NCBI GenBank assembly: GCA_964575955.1
Contig: CAZNTG010000012.1
Span: forward strand, 1-26,990
Direction: 5' to 3'
DNA length: 26,990 nt
Source: an uncultured Thermoproteaceae archaeon
GTDB lineage: Archaea > Thermoproteota > Thermoprotei > Thermoproteales > Thermocladiaceae
The notes under the pieces are model-generated. The model ran no database searches. It had not been told where the DNA came from and was given only the letters and a program-made list of their open reading frames with translations. This document shows positions 17,461 to 26,990 of the stretch, one piece after another. The position numbers and the translations under genes were made by a program. Positions within the stretch are counted from its first letter, which is position 1. Each line of letters starts with the position of its first letter.

Positions 17461-18531
17461 TCATTCTACTTTTGGTTTTACTTCTCTTATCTGTCTTTCT
17501 ATTTTTCTTATTTTGTTTTGTAGTAGTACTATTCTTGAGTCTAGGCTTTCATCTACTATTTCATATCTTTCTACTTCTCTATTTAGCTCTTTTATGAGTT
17601 TTTTTGTCCATTCTTTTACTTCTTCATGTTTTAACATTCCTTCTCTACCTATCTTGTATAGTGAGTATCCTAGACTCATGTAGCTTTTTACTTCTATGAA
17701 GTGTGGGTTTGCTTTTTTTATTAATTCTGCAAATTCTTGTATGTATTTTTCATCTGTGTTTAATCCTTTTATTAATGTTAATCTTATTACTGTTCTTGTC
17801 TTTATTGTTGATAGTAGTTCTAGACTTTTATTGAAGTCTTTCCATGCATTTTCTCTATTTAGTATTGGTATGTGAATTTTCTTATATAGTTCCTCGTTTG
17901 GTGCTGTTAATGATAGGTATAGTTGTGTTGGTAGTGCATCTTCTCTATCCATCTTCTCTATCATTTCAGGTACTCTACCATTAGTTACTACAAATATTGA
18001 TCTTATGTTTGGTTGTTGTCTAAGCTCTATTATTAATTCTGGAAGTTTTGGATATAGACATGGCTCTCCTGATAGTGATATTGCCCAGTGTGTTGGTTTT
18101 AATGCTTCTTCAACTCTCTCACGTGTACATTTTGGATGTCCAAAATATCCTGATAGTAGTCTTCTCCTCTCTTTTAATATTCCTTCAATAATTTCTTTAG
18201 GATCATACACTTCTTCAGGTTTTGGTATGTAGTAGTCGTATGATTCTGTAGGTCTCCAACAGTATATACACTTGTTTAAGCATATCATACCTATTGGAGA
18301 CATCTCTACACACCTATGAGAACCTCCATATGGTGCTCCATAGAACTTAACTTTATAACAACTTCTAAGATCTGTAAGACTTCTCTTAGTCCAATGACAT
18401 AGTTCTACTGTTGCATGTTTCCAAACACCATAGCCAGCTTTTATTAGACTTTTAGCAAATTCTGGACTAATACAAAGTTTTCCATTTTCATCAAATATGT
18501 GATATCTCAAACTTACTGTTGATACTTCCAT
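17461..18531 (-). CDS. taw1: tRNA 4-demethylwyosine synthase (radical SAM)
   Basis: H.TVELCHWTK, CYKVKFYG, SHRCVEMSP, CLNKCIYCWRP, HWAISLSGEP, IEVKSYM..GYS. Confidence 0.95.
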   Translation of the reverse strand: MEVSTVSLRYHIFDENGKLCISPEFAKSLIKAGYGVWKHATVELCHWTKRSLTDLRSCYKVKFYGAPYGGSHRCVEMSPIGMICLNKCIYCWRPTESYDYYIPKPEEVYDPKEIIEGILKERRRLLSGYFGHPKCTRERVEEALKPTHWAISLSGEPCLYPKLPELIIELRQQPNIRSIFVVTNGRVPEMIEKMDREDALPTQLYLSLTAPNEELYKKIHIPILNRENAWKDFNKSLELLSTIKTRTVIRLTLIKGLNTDEKYIQEFAELIKKANPHFIEVKSYMSLGYSLYKIGREGMLKHEEVKEWTKKLIKELNREVERYEIVDESLDSRIVLLQNKIRKIERQIREVKPKVE

Positions 18532-18573
18532 AGATTATTCATGTGTTAATTATCTTAAATATCTGCCTCTAAA

Positions 18574-19173
18574 ATGATTAATGACATGTTTAGAGGCTAT
18601 ATTGCTCCTAAAGTATATTTTAAATGTGTACTATGTGGTGAATGTTGTAAAAGATATTGGATACCTATAACTCATGTTGATTTATTGAGAATTTATAAAA
18701 ACACAGGTCTAGAACCTCTAAACTTTATAACATTCTTTAAGAAAGATATGACTACAGGTTGGGACTATCCAACAATTAAGTTTGAAGATGGTGAATACTA
18801 TATGATACTTGCAAAAAGACCTGATGGATCATGCATATTTAATAAGTATGTTAATGATAGATTGATATGTAAGATACATAAATTTAAACCACTAGTATGT
18901 AGATTCTACCCATTCATATACTGGATTGAGAATGATATTGTTAAATTTGAAATACTTGACAAAGCTATAAACTACTGTCCAGGTATTGGTATTGGTCCAG
19001 TACATGATTTTGAAGTTGAGTATAAAGCAGTTATTGAGATTAGGAAAGCTAAGGAGGAGTATTCTAGAATTGTTAGTAAGTGGAATAGTCTTGTAGATAA
19101 GGGTATTGTAAATCCAACACCTGAATCATTTATTAGATTTATTTTAAATACTGTAAGTCTAGATGAAGTTTAG
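18574..19173 (+). CDS. YkgJ family Cys-cluster (CxxCxxCC) protein
   Basis: FKCVLCGECC, CIF, CKIHKFKPLVCRFYPF, CPGIG. Confidence 0.88.
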   Translation: MINDMFRGYIAPKVYFKCVLCGECCKRYWIPITHVDLLRIYKNTGLEPLNFITFFKKDMTTGWDYPTIKFEDGEYYMILAKRPDGSCIFNKYVNDRLICKIHKFKPLVCRFYPFIYWIENDIVKFEILDKAINYCPGIGIGPVHDFEVEYKAVIEIRKAKEEYSRIVSKWNSLVDKGIVNPTPESFIRFILNTVSLDEV

Positions 19174-19359
19174 TGCAAGTATTATAACTATGAATATTAT
19201 GGATATTATTATCAATATTTTTGGATCTACACGAATCTTCTCATATTCTTTAGCTTCAGGAAACTTTAACAATCCAGCAGCTAGTAGTGGAAGTGTCATA
19301 TCTCTAAGTCTTCTACGTCTTCTCTTTCTTTCAGAAGTTTTTGAAGATTTTTGAGACAT
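19159..19359 (-). CDS. secG: Preprotein translocase subunit Sec61beta/SecG
   Basis: Basic N-terminus, AAGLLKF, IRVDP, single C-terminal TM helix. Confidence 0.8.
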   Translation of the reverse strand: MSQKSSKTSERKRRRRRLRDMTLPLLAAGLLKFPEAKEYEKIRVDPKILIIISIIFIVIILALNFI

Positions 19360-19364
19360 CTAAA

Positions 19365-19940
19365 CTACTGTTCTTCACTACTTATTAAGCCTTGTGTTTC
19401 AAGTCTATCTTCACGTCCTCTTGGTGGTTTTATTAGTGAGTTTCCATATGGGTCTTCTAGTATTAGTGTGAATGTTATCTTACCTTCAAGTGCCATCTTT
19501 ACCTTATTCATAAATTCTCTAATTCTCTCTTTCTCCTCTTCAGAATCTGTAAGTACTAACATTCTTTCAGCAAAATCTAGAACTTTATATAGAAGTCCTT
19601 CTACTGTTGTTATAAATGCTTCAGCTGCAATACCTGGATCAATACTAAATCCGAGATCTGGACTACGTATTCTACATGTTTTTGATCTAAATATCATTGT
19701 CTCAGTTACATCTCTATCATCTCTAATTATGTATTTGTAAGTTTTCCATCTCTTAGCTTCTAGATATTGTAAGTCTACATGTCTATATCCACAGCTTGAA
19801 CATCTGTATGAGTATAGTATTATATTTCCGAAGTTTGGTATTTCGTATAGTAGTTCTGAAACTTCCAAACTCTCAACTCCACATACAGGACACTTCTCAA
19901 TTCCTCTATATAGCAATTTTCCAAATGAGAACTCACTCAT
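19365..19940 (-). CDS. ZPR1 zinc-finger domain protein
   Basis: CPVC, IPNFG, CSSCGYR, ITTVEGLL, FTLILEDPYGNS. Confidence 0.92.
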   Translation of the reverse strand: MSEFSFGKLLYRGIEKCPVCGVESLEVSELLYEIPNFGNIILYSYRCSSCGYRHVDLQYLEAKRWKTYKYIIRDDRDVTETMIFRSKTCRIRSPDLGFSIDPGIAAEAFITTVEGLLYKVLDFAERMLVLTDSEEEKERIREFMNKVKMALEGKITFTLILEDPYGNSLIKPPRGREDRLETQGLISSEEQ

Positions 19941-20023
19941 AGCAATATTCTTTGAGATTAGAGGTTTAATAAGTGAGACGCAATATTTAATTAATCTTAC
20001 AAATTTTAAAATCTTGAATAGGC

Positions 20024-20401
20024 ATGTTTAAAATATCTGAGAAGTTGAAACATCTCATAATACTTCTAGCAATATTAATATTCTACTCAATATCCGCATA
20101 TGGTATTTGGAGTGTTGTCTTAATACCAAATGTAATTAAAGAACAACTATCACCAGTACAGCTATCTGAGATATACACCATGTATAGTATATGTGTAATA
20201 TTGACTATAGGTCTTGGAATATTGACATACATGCTAGTAACAACATATACAGGAGGTGTAGTTGGAGGTAAGAAGTATAGAGTAACACATATATCAGCAT
20301 CAGCATTGATATTGACAGTCATATTGATAATAGTCTTAATAGCATGTATAGCATCATACTACTACCTAGCAAACATAACAGCACCACTATCACCAGGGTA
20401 A
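20024..20401 (+). CDS. Small membrane protein (three TM helices)
   Basis: Three hydrophobic segments in 125 aa. Confidence 0.65.
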   Translation: MFKISEKLKHLIILLAILIFYSISAYGIWSVVLIPNVIKEQLSPVQLSEIYTMYSICVILTIGLGILTYMLVTTYTGGVVGGKKYRVTHISASALILTVILIIVLIACIASYYYLANITAPLSPG

Positions 20402-20452
20402 GTGATGAAGACTTCGGCTACCAGAATAGATGAAGAATATCACCCAAGCTGA
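20402..20452 (+). ncRNA. Box C/D guide sRNA
   Basis: C GTGATGA 20402-08; guide AGACTTCGGCTAC; D' CAGA; C' ATGAAGA 20430-36; guide ATATCACCCAAG; D CTGA 20449-52. Confidence 0.82.
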
Positions 20453-20501
20453 TCAGCGAGTAGACGCATCATCACTAATCAGGTAAGAGCGTGATCATCA
20501 T
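20453..20501 (-). ncRNA. Box C/D guide sRNA
   Basis: Minus strand: ATGATGA-TCACGCTCTTAC-CTGA-tta-GTGATGA-TGCGTCTACTCG-CTGA. Confidence 0.9.
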
Positions 20502-20525
20502 GAATGAAGTATTGAATTCGTGTAG

Positions 20526-20578
20526 TCAGTTGCGACACACCTCTTCACTTACTTATCTGCCGCTCAGACGTTCATCAT
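20526..20578 (-). ncRNA. Box C/D guide sRNA
   Basis: Minus strand: ATGATGA-ACGTCTGAGCGG-CAGA-taagtaa-GTGAAGA-GGTGTGTCGCAA-CTGA. Confidence 0.85.
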
Positions 20579-21561
20579 TCAGTCTTTACTAGTAGTCCAA
20601 AGTTTCTTATATATCTTGCAGAGCTATTATACACAGTTTTAGATCTTGGTGGTGATAGTAGTATTATTACGTATTTTGAAATTTTTGATCTATCCTTACT
20701 TATGTAAGATTCTAAAATACTCAACTTTTCTAATAATGTAGGTATTTGTATTATATTTGTTGTAGAATCTAGAAGTTTTAGAAGTTCTTGAAGTGTTGTT
20801 CTATATCTAGCTACGATATCTATAACTTCTAAATCTTCTAAATTCTCAATCTTCTGCTTAGCTTGTTGTGATTCTAAAAAATTTGCAGATGTGTACTTTC
20901 TTATCAATTCTAGTAATGTATTTGGCATCTTAATTAGAGAACCTACAGAGACTGCAGGTAGGAATACGTATAGTAGATGTGATGTTAATAGTTTAAGTGT
21001 GCATAATTCTGGACTTGACATGAAGTTTATGAAGAAGTCATTTATTATCGATCTTGCACCTATAAGATTTAGATCTAGTAATATGTGTGCAAGTACTTCT
21101 AGTGGTGTTAATTTTCTAGTTATTGGATATCTAGAAAGCATCCATAATAATTTTGAATTTAACTTCCTCAATCTATCATATACGTAATGTATCTCATCTC
21201 TACAATACTCAATATTGAATAGTGGAAATTCTATAACTATTGTCTCAACAATTCTCTGAGTTATATTTGAATATCCAAGTTCTACAAGATTTTTTGCAAA
21301 ACAGTAATGTCTAAAAACTTCTACAAGTTTTACAGTTTCAAGATTTATATCATCTCTAAATAGTTTAACTTTTCTAATATCATCCTTTTCAAATATCTTA
21401 CTCTCAATGTCGTTAAGTTCTGTATTTATTAATGTTATCATTGGTGTTTGTAAATCTACAATTCTTGCTAAATTTAGTAATGATGGATATTCTTGTAAAA
21501 GTATTCTCCTACCTAAATTTAGCTTAGACGTAATAGTTCTAAGTAGGTCAATATTCCACAT
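20575..21561 (-). CDS. Hypothetical, largely helical protein
   Basis: 328-aa ORF with host-like composition; no motif recognised. Confidence 0.65.
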   Translation of the reverse strand: MWNIDLLRTITSKLNLGRRILLQEYPSLLNLARIVDLQTPMITLINTELNDIESKIFEKDDIRKVKLFRDDINLETVKLVEVFRHYCFAKNLVELGYSNITQRIVETIVIEFPLFNIEYCRDEIHYVYDRLRKLNSKLLWMLSRYPITRKLTPLEVLAHILLDLNLIGARSIINDFFINFMSSPELCTLKLLTSHLLYVFLPAVSVGSLIKMPNTLLELIRKYTSANFLESQQAKQKIENLEDLEVIDIVARYRTTLQELLKLLDSTTNIIQIPTLLEKLSILESYISKDRSKISKYVIILLSPPRSKTVYNSSARYIRNFGLLVKTE

Positions 21562-21610
21562 TACCTACATTACACATATATCTCTAAATCCCTTATTTAC
21601 TTACTGTATC

Positions 21611-22924
21611 ATGAAGATATTGTTAGAAAATGCAAAAATACTTTTAAATAATAGAGAGTTGAAGAGGTTTGACATAGTTGTAGATAGTGAAAGTGGTAAA
21701 ATATGTAAGATAGGTCTTGGAATATCGAAGAGAGATTACGATATTAAGATTAGATTAGAAAATCACCACATAGTACTTCCAGGATTTGTAGATATACATG
21801 TACATTGTAGAGATTGGAAACAATCACATAAAGAGACAATAGAGACCTGTAGCATGGCTGCAGCTGCTGGTGGTGTTGTTAAGATATTCGATATGCCAAA
21901 TACAGATCCAAAGATAGATAATGTAGAACTATACTTAGACAGGTTAAAATATTGTAGAGAGAAGTCTAAAGTAGAGTATTATCTACATGCAGGAGTACCA
22001 AGGAAAATTGAAGAATTGTATAGATACTATGAGAGTGGTGTTAGAAGTATAAAAGTATATCCTGAAGATATTGAGAGATTAGTAGAGGAAAATTTGATAG
22101 ATGAATTCTTTAAAATATGTGAAAAATTTAACATACTACTAATATTTCATTGTGAAGATTTAAAAATTATTAGAGATATGTATTTGAAATATGAACATAA
22201 CTTCAAAAATCATAGATTTATAAGATGTAGAGATAGTGAAATATCTTGTATAAACTTTATAATATCTAAAATCTTGAGATTTAGAAATATTAGAGTACAT
22301 TTCACACATGTATCAACTGTAGATTCTATAAAAATTATAAATAGGTATAGACAGTATTCAAAAATTACTCTAGATATAACACCACACCATTTAATACTAA
22401 CTGATGAAATGTGTTTTGAAAATTCAAAATTTGAAAATATTTGTAAAGTTAATCCACCACTTAGAGATTCATATGATAGAGATGGTATTTTTGTAGAATT
22501 TTTAAATGGTAGAGTTGACTGTGTTGTTAGTGATCATGCACCACACAGCATTGATGAGAAATTGAGAGATTACGATATTTGTCCCCCTGGATTTCCAGGT
22601 CTTGAGACAACATCTCTAATACTACTTTCACTATGGAGATATGGTTTTATAGATATTGTAGATGCTGTTAAACTATATTGTGAAAATCCTTGTAAGATTG
22701 TTGGTATAGAATATCCAAAAATTTGTGAAAATTCATTTGCTGACATGTGTATAGTAGATGTTAAACGTGAGAAGGTTGTAGATTCTTCAAAATTTAGATC
22801 ACTTTCAAAGTATAGTCCTTTTGATGGTTTTAGAGTTCCTGTTAGTATTGTTGCAACATTTTATCATGGTAAGCCTATATTTATTGATGAGTATTATTAT
22901 GACTACTTCTCTAAGCTTCTATAA
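21611..22924 (+). CDS. pyrC: Dihydroorotase
   Basis: LPGFVDIHVHCR, AAAAGG, DMPNT.P, HCE, HVST, TPHHL, KVNPPLR, SDHAPH, PGFPGLET, SKYSPFDG. ATG 21611 chosen over the long overlapping extension. Confidence 0.9.
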   Translation: MKILLENAKILLNNRELKRFDIVVDSESGKICKIGLGISKRDYDIKIRLENHHIVLPGFVDIHVHCRDWKQSHKETIETCSMAAAAGGVVKIFDMPNTDPKIDNVELYLDRLKYCREKSKVEYYLHAGVPRKIEELYRYYESGVRSIKVYPEDIERLVEENLIDEFFKICEKFNILLIFHCEDLKIIRDMYLKYEHNFKNHRFIRCRDSEISCINFIISKILRFRNIRVHFTHVSTVDSIKIINRYRQYSKITLDITPHHLILTDEMCFENSKFENICKVNPPLRDSYDRDGIFVEFLNGRVDCVVSDHAPHSIDEKLRDYDICPPGFPGLETTSLILLSLWRYGFIDIVDAVKLYCENPCKIVGIEYPKICENSFADMCIVDVKREKVVDSSKFRSLSKYSPFDGFRVPVSIVATFYHGKPIFIDEYYYDYFSKLL

Positions 22925-23997
22925 AGTTTTTCAAATTCTATAATAGCTTCACTATATATTTTAACAGCGTATTCTAGATCTCTTATATATACAACTTCTT
23001 CATCGGTATGTAGTGTCTCATGTTCTCCTGGTCCATATGCTATTATGTTATTACATATCTTGACTATTATATTCATGTCTGACGTTCCCCATTTCTTTGC
23101 AGGTATTGGTGATCTGCCTAGTATTTTAATTATAGCTCTTGTTAATGCTCTTGCCATAATATTCATAATATCTACCTGAACAGGATCTACACATTCATAA
23201 TATTCTAACCATGTTTTTGATGTAGAATCTACATCTTTAATATCTCTAATCTTCTCTATAATATCACTACATTTTAATTTTGGTGGTATTCTAACATCTA
23301 GAATCATCTCAGCATATTTTGGTATTTGATTTGGAACTTCACTACTCTTAACTACTGTAGGTACTATAGTTACCTTGTTATATTCATATCCTGCATCTAG
23401 TATCTTAAATATCTTTTGATATATCTCGTATATTTTTAATATTGGATTAGTGCTAGATATTGGTGTTGATGCATGTCCACCTCTTGCTTTTGATATAATT
23501 CTAATTTTTAGAGATCCTCTATATGTGTAGACTATCTTGTCTATTCCTGTTGGCTCTCCAATTATTACACCATCAGGTTTTTCAAGTATTTTTTCTTCAA
23601 CATCTTTTACAAGATTTATAGATCCTCTACTTGTTGTTTCTTCTTCTACAACACCTGTAAATACTATCTTACCTTTAAAATTTTCAATTTCTATAAACGT
23701 CTTCAACATACATGTTAGTGGTGCTTTATCATCAGCTATTCCTGATCCAACAATCTTGTCTTGATATATCTCAACTCTAGGCTCTGTAGGTATTGTATCC
23801 ATATGTGCGTGAAGCCATATTATTGGTCTTCCACTACCTTTTATAGCTATTACATTACCAACATTGTCTATGTATGCATCATCTGAATATTCTTTAACTA
23901 TGTTTAGTATATATTTTGCAAGTTCTTGCTCTCTACCACTTGGTGAATATATTTTAGCAATGTCTATAAATGTTTTTAATAAGTCTATTCTAGACAT
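22903..23997 (-). CDS. lysK: [LysW]-lysine/[LysW]-ornithine hydrolase (M20 family)
   Basis: YSPSGRE, HAHMDT, DDK, VEEETTSRG, GEP, GHAS, GTSDMN, YGPG; adjacent to lysWX. Confidence 0.88.
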   Translation of the reverse strand: MSRIDLLKTFIDIAKIYSPSGREQELAKYILNIVKEYSDDAYIDNVGNVIAIKGSGRPIIWLHAHMDTIPTEPRVEIYQDKIVGSGIADDKAPLTCMLKTFIEIENFKGKIVFTGVVEEETTSRGSINLVKDVEEKILEKPDGVIIGEPTGIDKIVYTYRGSLKIRIISKARGGHASTPISSTNPILKIYEIYQKIFKILDAGYEYNKVTIVPTVVKSSEVPNQIPKYAEMILDVRIPPKLKCSDIIEKIRDIKDVDSTSKTWLEYYECVDPVQVDIMNIMARALTRAIIKILGRSPIPAKKWGTSDMNIIVKICNNIIAYGPGEHETLHTDEEVVYIRDLEYAVKIYSEAIIEFEKLYRSLEK

Positions 23998-24002
23998 CTC
24001 AA

Positions 24003-24872
24003 CTACTTCTTCAAATATCTTAGAAGCATGTTAACTATCTCATTTGCAACATTTATACCTGTAACTCTCATAACATTCTTAAATTCTGGTACTACATTAA
24101 CTTCAAGAACTACATATCCATCTTTTGTCTCTACAATATCAACTCCTGAGTATAGTGCACCAATACTCTTACTTGCCTTTACAGATATCTCTTCAAGTTC
24201 AGGATCTATCTTTACAGGTTCTGCTTTACCACCTCTAGCTGTGTTTGTTCTCCACTCCATACATGGTGCATATCTATATATTCCAGCTACTGCTCTATCT
24301 TCAACAACTATTATACGTATATCTCTTCCAGGTTTTTCTAAGTATTCCTGTAGCATCAATATCTTCATTGATGGTGTTTCCATTCTAGATCTATGTTTTA
24401 TAAGTAGTTCAAGTTCTGAAGCTCTAGATATTAGACTAACCATCCTACCCCAAGATCCTGATATTGGCTTAACTATGAGTGGCCCATTTGAGAATATTTT
24501 AAATGCTTCAATAGCCTTCTCATTACTTAATGCTAGTATTGATTTTGGTACAGGTATTCCATTTTTAGCAAGTTTTATAAGTGTTAAGAATTTGTTATTT
24601 CCAATATCTATAACATGTGATGGATTTATTACAAATATTCCAATCTCTTCAAATATTTTCGATATTAACTCACTACGTGTATGACTTATAGATCTTATAA
24701 GTGCTATATTGTTAGTATTTGAGAATTGTGTAGTTATGGATTCAGTATCTATCAATATCTTGTCCAGGTTTATGAGTGTGTGAGAGATTCCTCTCTTCCT
24801 AAGTTCTTCAATGATTAGTTTTTCATCAAGTCTAAGTATGTCGTGTACTACTAGTATGGCAATACTACTCAC
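24003..24872 (-). CDS. lysX: Alpha-aminoadipate--LysW ligase (RimK-family ATP-grasp)
   Basis: KP..GSWGR, KPGRDIR, IYR, WRTNTARGG, EVN.VPEFK (LysX-type rather than ArgX-type signature). Confidence 0.9.
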   Translation of the reverse strand: MSSIAILVVHDILRLDEKLIIEELRKRGISHTLINLDKILIDTESITTQFSNTNNIALIRSISHTRSELISKIFEEIGIFVINPSHVIDIGNNKFLTLIKLAKNGIPVPKSILALSNEKAIEAFKIFSNGPLIVKPISGSWGRMVSLISRASELELLIKHRSRMETPSMKILMLQEYLEKPGRDIRIIVVEDRAVAGIYRYAPCMEWRTNTARGGKAEPVKIDPELEEISVKASKSIGALYSGVDIVETKDGYVVLEVNVVPEFKNVMRVTGINVANEIVNMLLRYLKK

Positions 24873-25041
24873 CCCAGTCTTCAGCTTCTACTTCAATCTT
24901 CTTTAACTGTACAACTCCTGAGTTTAATGTTATTTGATATTTCTGACCACATGTTGGGCATGATACTAGTTCTCCATCTACAACATCGTCTGGTATATCA
25001 AATTCTGTTCCACAAATTTCACATGTAACTTTCTTTGGCAT
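24865..25041 (-). CDS. lysW: Amino-group carrier protein LysW
   Basis: CEICG / CPTCG zinc ribbon and C-terminal EDWGE; alternative start at 25053. Confidence 0.95.
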   Translation of the reverse strand: MPKKVTCEICGTEFDIPDDVVDGELVSCPTCGQKYQITLNSGVVQLKKIEVEAEDWGE

Positions 25042-25101
25042 GGTATTAGTCATGGTCTTAGTTTAATTTAAAAATATTACTCTTAGATGTATATTGTGGT
25101 A

Positions 25102-25332
25102 TTATATAAGTCTTATGTAGTATGGATTATCTTTCTTTGTTGTTGATTCTACAATTATGAGTTTTGCAAGCTCTAGCTTCATCAATGCTTTCAATATTTC
25201 TGAATCTGTAACATCTTTATAATATGCTTTAACTGCTTCTACAAGATCTGAATACCATAATTCTCCACCTCTATTACGTAGTACTGATATTATTATGTAC
25301 TCTATTGGTATTGGTCTTCTCATACTATACAT
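25102..25332 (-). CDS. Small winged-helix protein
   Basis: Three helices ([14 protein letters not shown]) plus a beta hairpin; overlaps the cdc48 stop. Confidence 0.7.
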   Translation of the reverse strand: MYSMRRPIPIEYIIISVLRNRGGELWYSDLVEAVKAYYKDVTDSEILKALMKLELAKLIIVESTTKKDNPYYIRLI

Positions 25333-26990
25333 ATAGTGGCTGTGCTCTCATTCTCTCAGCATGCCACATCTGTCTAATCTTCTCATACCAACTCTCGTAG
25401 AATTTCAACATTTCTGGTGTTATTGATGGTCTAACCTTCTTCATAGCTTCTAAGAAGTGTCTCATCTTTATCTCTGTACAGTTTATATCTTCTCTCATAG
25501 CTAGCATAACTGCCTCACGTACTAGTAGTTCAAGGTCAGCTCCAGAGTATCCTTCTGTCATTCTTGCAATCTCCATAAGATCGACATCAGATGCTAATGG
25601 TACTGATCTTGTATGTATTCTCAATATGTCAAATCTAGCTTTAAGTCCTGGTGGTGGAACATATATTATCCTATCGAATCTTCCCGGTCTTAGTAATGCT
25701 GGATCAACAATATCTGGCCTGTTTGTTGCTGCAATAACAACAACATTCTCTAGTGGTGCAATACCATCAATCTCTGCTAATAGTTGTGCAACTATTCTCT
25801 CCATAGCATGACTCTCACCTTCAGATAATCCTCTTGCTGGTGCTATTGCGTCTATTTCATCGAAGAATACTACGCATGGTGCTGCCATACGAGCCTTCTT
25901 GAAGATTTCACGAATTGCACGTTCTGACTCACCAAACCATTTACTCAGTATTTCCGGTCCTCTAACTGCCACAAAGTTTGCACCACTCTCAGTAGCAACA
26001 GCCTTAGCCAACAACGTCTTACCACAACCAGGAGGACCGAAGAGCAACACTCCTTTCGGTGGTCTAATTCCAAATTTTCTAAACTTATGTGGATATTTTA
26101 GTGGCCATTCAATTGCTTCACGTAGCTCTTGCTTAACCTGTTCTAGACCGCCAATATCGTCCCATCTGACCTTTGGAACTTCTATATGAATCTCTCTTAA
26201 TGCACTTGGAACAATCTCTTTCATTGCTTCTAAGAAGTCGTTCATTGTTACCTGTATTTTTGATAGTGTTTCTTCATTTATTGTCATTGGCTCATTTAGA
26301 TTTATCAATCCACTCTGTATAGCTCTACGTAATGCACGCATTGCTGCTTCTCTACATAATGCTGCTAGGTCTGCTCCTGTGTATCCATGTGTCATCTCTG
26401 CAAGTTTTCTAAGATCTACATCTTTTGCAAGTGGCATATTGCGTGTATGTACTAGAAGTATTTCATATCTACCATGTGTGTCTGGTGGATTAATCCAGAT
26501 CTCTCTGTCGAATCTTCCTGGTCTTCTTAGTGCTGGGTCTACTGCTTCTGGTCTGTTTGTTGCTCCTATGACTATTACTTGTCCTCTTTCTTGCAATCCA
26601 TCCATTAGTGTTAGTAGTTGTGCTACAATTCTCTTCTCTACCTCTCCTGTAACTTCTTCACGTTTTGGTGCTATTGCGTCTATCTCATCTATGAATATTA
26701 TTGCTGGAGCATTCTTCTTAGCTTCTTCAAAAATTTCTCTCAACCTAGCCTCAGACTCACCATAGTATTTTGAAACAATTTCAGGACCGTTAATTGCTAT
26801 AAAGTATGCATTTACCTCATTTGCAACAGCTTTAGCAAGGAGAGTCTTACCACATCCTGGTGGTCCGTATAGAAGTATTCCTTTCGGAGGTTCAATTCCC
26901 AAATGCTTAAAAATCTCAGGATGACGAAGAGGAAGCTCAACCAACTCACGAATCTTCTGCTTAGCCTCCTCCAAATCACCAATATCCTCC
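25325..26990 (-). CDS. cdc48: CDC48/VAT family AAA+ ATPase (N-domain lies beyond the window)
   Basis: Two AAA modules with [21 protein letters not shown] and [12 protein letters not shown] / [12 protein letters not shown]; C-terminal HbYX-like LYV. Frame is open to the window edge. Confidence 0.97.
   Translation of the reverse strand, partial: EDIGDLEEAKQKIRELVELPLRHPEIFKHLGIEPPKGILLYGPPGCGKTLLAKAVANEVNAYFIAINGPEIVSKYYGESEARLREIFEEAKKNAPAIIFIDEIDAIAPKREEVTGEVEKRIVAQLLTLMDGLQERGQVIVIGATNRPEAVDPALRRPGRFDREIWINPPDTHGRYEILLVHTRNMPLAKDVDLRKLAEMTHGYTGADLAALCREAAMRALRRAIQSGLINLNEPMTINEETLSKIQVTMNDFLEAMKEIVPSALREIHIEVPKVRWDDIGGLEQVKQELREAIEWPLKYPHKFRKFGIRPPKGVLLFGPPGCGKTLLAKAVATESGANFVAVRGPEILSKWFGESERAIREIFKKARMAAPCVVFFDEIDAIAPARGLSEGESHAMERIVAQLLAEIDGIAPLENVVVIAATNRPDIVDPALLRPGRFDRIIYVPPPGLKARFDILRIHTRSVPLASDVDLMEIARMTEGYSGADLELLVREAVMLAMREDINCTEIKMRHFLEAMKKVRPSITPEMLKFYESWYEKIRQMWHAERMRAQPLYV

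Noticed and set aside
21407-21610. 68-aa N-terminal extension of dihydroorotase in the ORF track
   Set aside because: It overlaps the divergent gene; homology-like sequence begins at ATG 21611.
1147-26765. Many short antisense/overlapping ORFs in the track (e.g. 3681-4079, 5499-5789, 10287-10682, 19351-19740, 24028-24684, 26379-26765)
   Set aside because: They are shadows of well-supported genes on the opposite strand, with atypical Ser/Ile/Phe-rich composition.
1-26990. tRNA, rRNA, cas or transposase/integrase genes
   Set aside because: None recognisable in the window.

Overview
AT-rich archaeal chromosomal window. The CRISPR repeat and gene set point to Thermoproteota, probably Thermoproteales-like (inference). 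Most of it is densely packed housekeeping genes: tatD, surE, ADP-forming acyl-CoA synthetase plus a DRTGG partner, mvk, AMMECR1, cofE, taw1/tyw1, sec61-beta, ZPR1, pyrC, lysW-lysX-lysK and a 5'-truncated cdc48. There are also four box C/D guide sRNAs and a CBS-domain protein with an HPF/RaiA-like C-terminus. The standout is a 1,444-bp cas-less CRISPR cassette (15985-17428). It holds a 16-repeat/15-spacer array and leader enclosed by a perfect 102-bp inverted repeat. Each arm carries most of a CRISPR repeat, a terminator-like hairpin and a GGGG...CCCC terminal palindrome. A degenerate mini-array points the opposite way inside it, and one recent spacer has box C/D sRNA architecture. All calls come from reading the sequence by eye; no searches were run.
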